Position numbers and translations under genes: made by a program
Assembly: GCA_013239625.1 (NCBI GenBank)
Contig: MU057354.1
Location: 17,973,145-18,037,144 of the forward strand
DNA length: 64,000 nucleotides
Direction of reading: 5' to 3'
Source of the DNA: Lama guanicoe
Taxonomy: Eukaryota
Shown: positions 63,961-64,000 of the stretch, one piece after another
How the letters are laid out: each line of letters starts with the position of its first letter
Numbering within the stretch: the stretch's first letter is position 1
Notes under the pieces: model-generated
The model's database searches: none
Told to the model about the DNA's origin: nothing
What the model saw: the letters and a program-made list of their open reading frames with translations, nothing else

Positions 63961-64000
63961 AAATCAGAGACAGAATTTAGGCAGAATGGGTAGGAAAGGG

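Noticed and set aside
1-64000. CRISPR array, operon or other prokaryote-type system
   Set aside because: The sequence is mammalian. There are no regularly spaced repeat-spacer units and no dense coding regions.

Overview
This is mammalian, repeat-rich, non-coding DNA (intergenic or deep intronic) from a draft assembly with two N gaps (23252-23440, 32924-33070). Three tRNA-derived SINEs resemble the camelid Vic-1 family, and the young L1 3' ends are of cetartiodactyl type, so the host is probably a camelid (inference). I find no supportable protein-coding gene, rRNA, genuine tRNA or CRISPR array. The ORFs I could assign are L1 fragments or chance frames inside repeats. The window holds about eight ERV1-type solo LTRs (four with perfect 4-bp TSDs), a decayed ERVL provirus, MaLR/MLT1 and LTR16/LTR33-type LTRs, a 3.9-kb L1 carrying two nested inserts, several short L1 3' ends, and ancient MIR, L2, CR1 and hAT relics. 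I cannot support a claim of a new biological system. The best observations concern transposon mechanism: an apparently retroposed Tigger1 mRNA end, a probable L1 3' transduction, a TSD-flanked L1 lacking its 3' half, mosaic LTRs with different U3 regions, and a candidate LTR-driven spliced lncRNA. Repeat family names come from recall of consensus sequences, not from a database search. Boundaries of old repeats are approximate.
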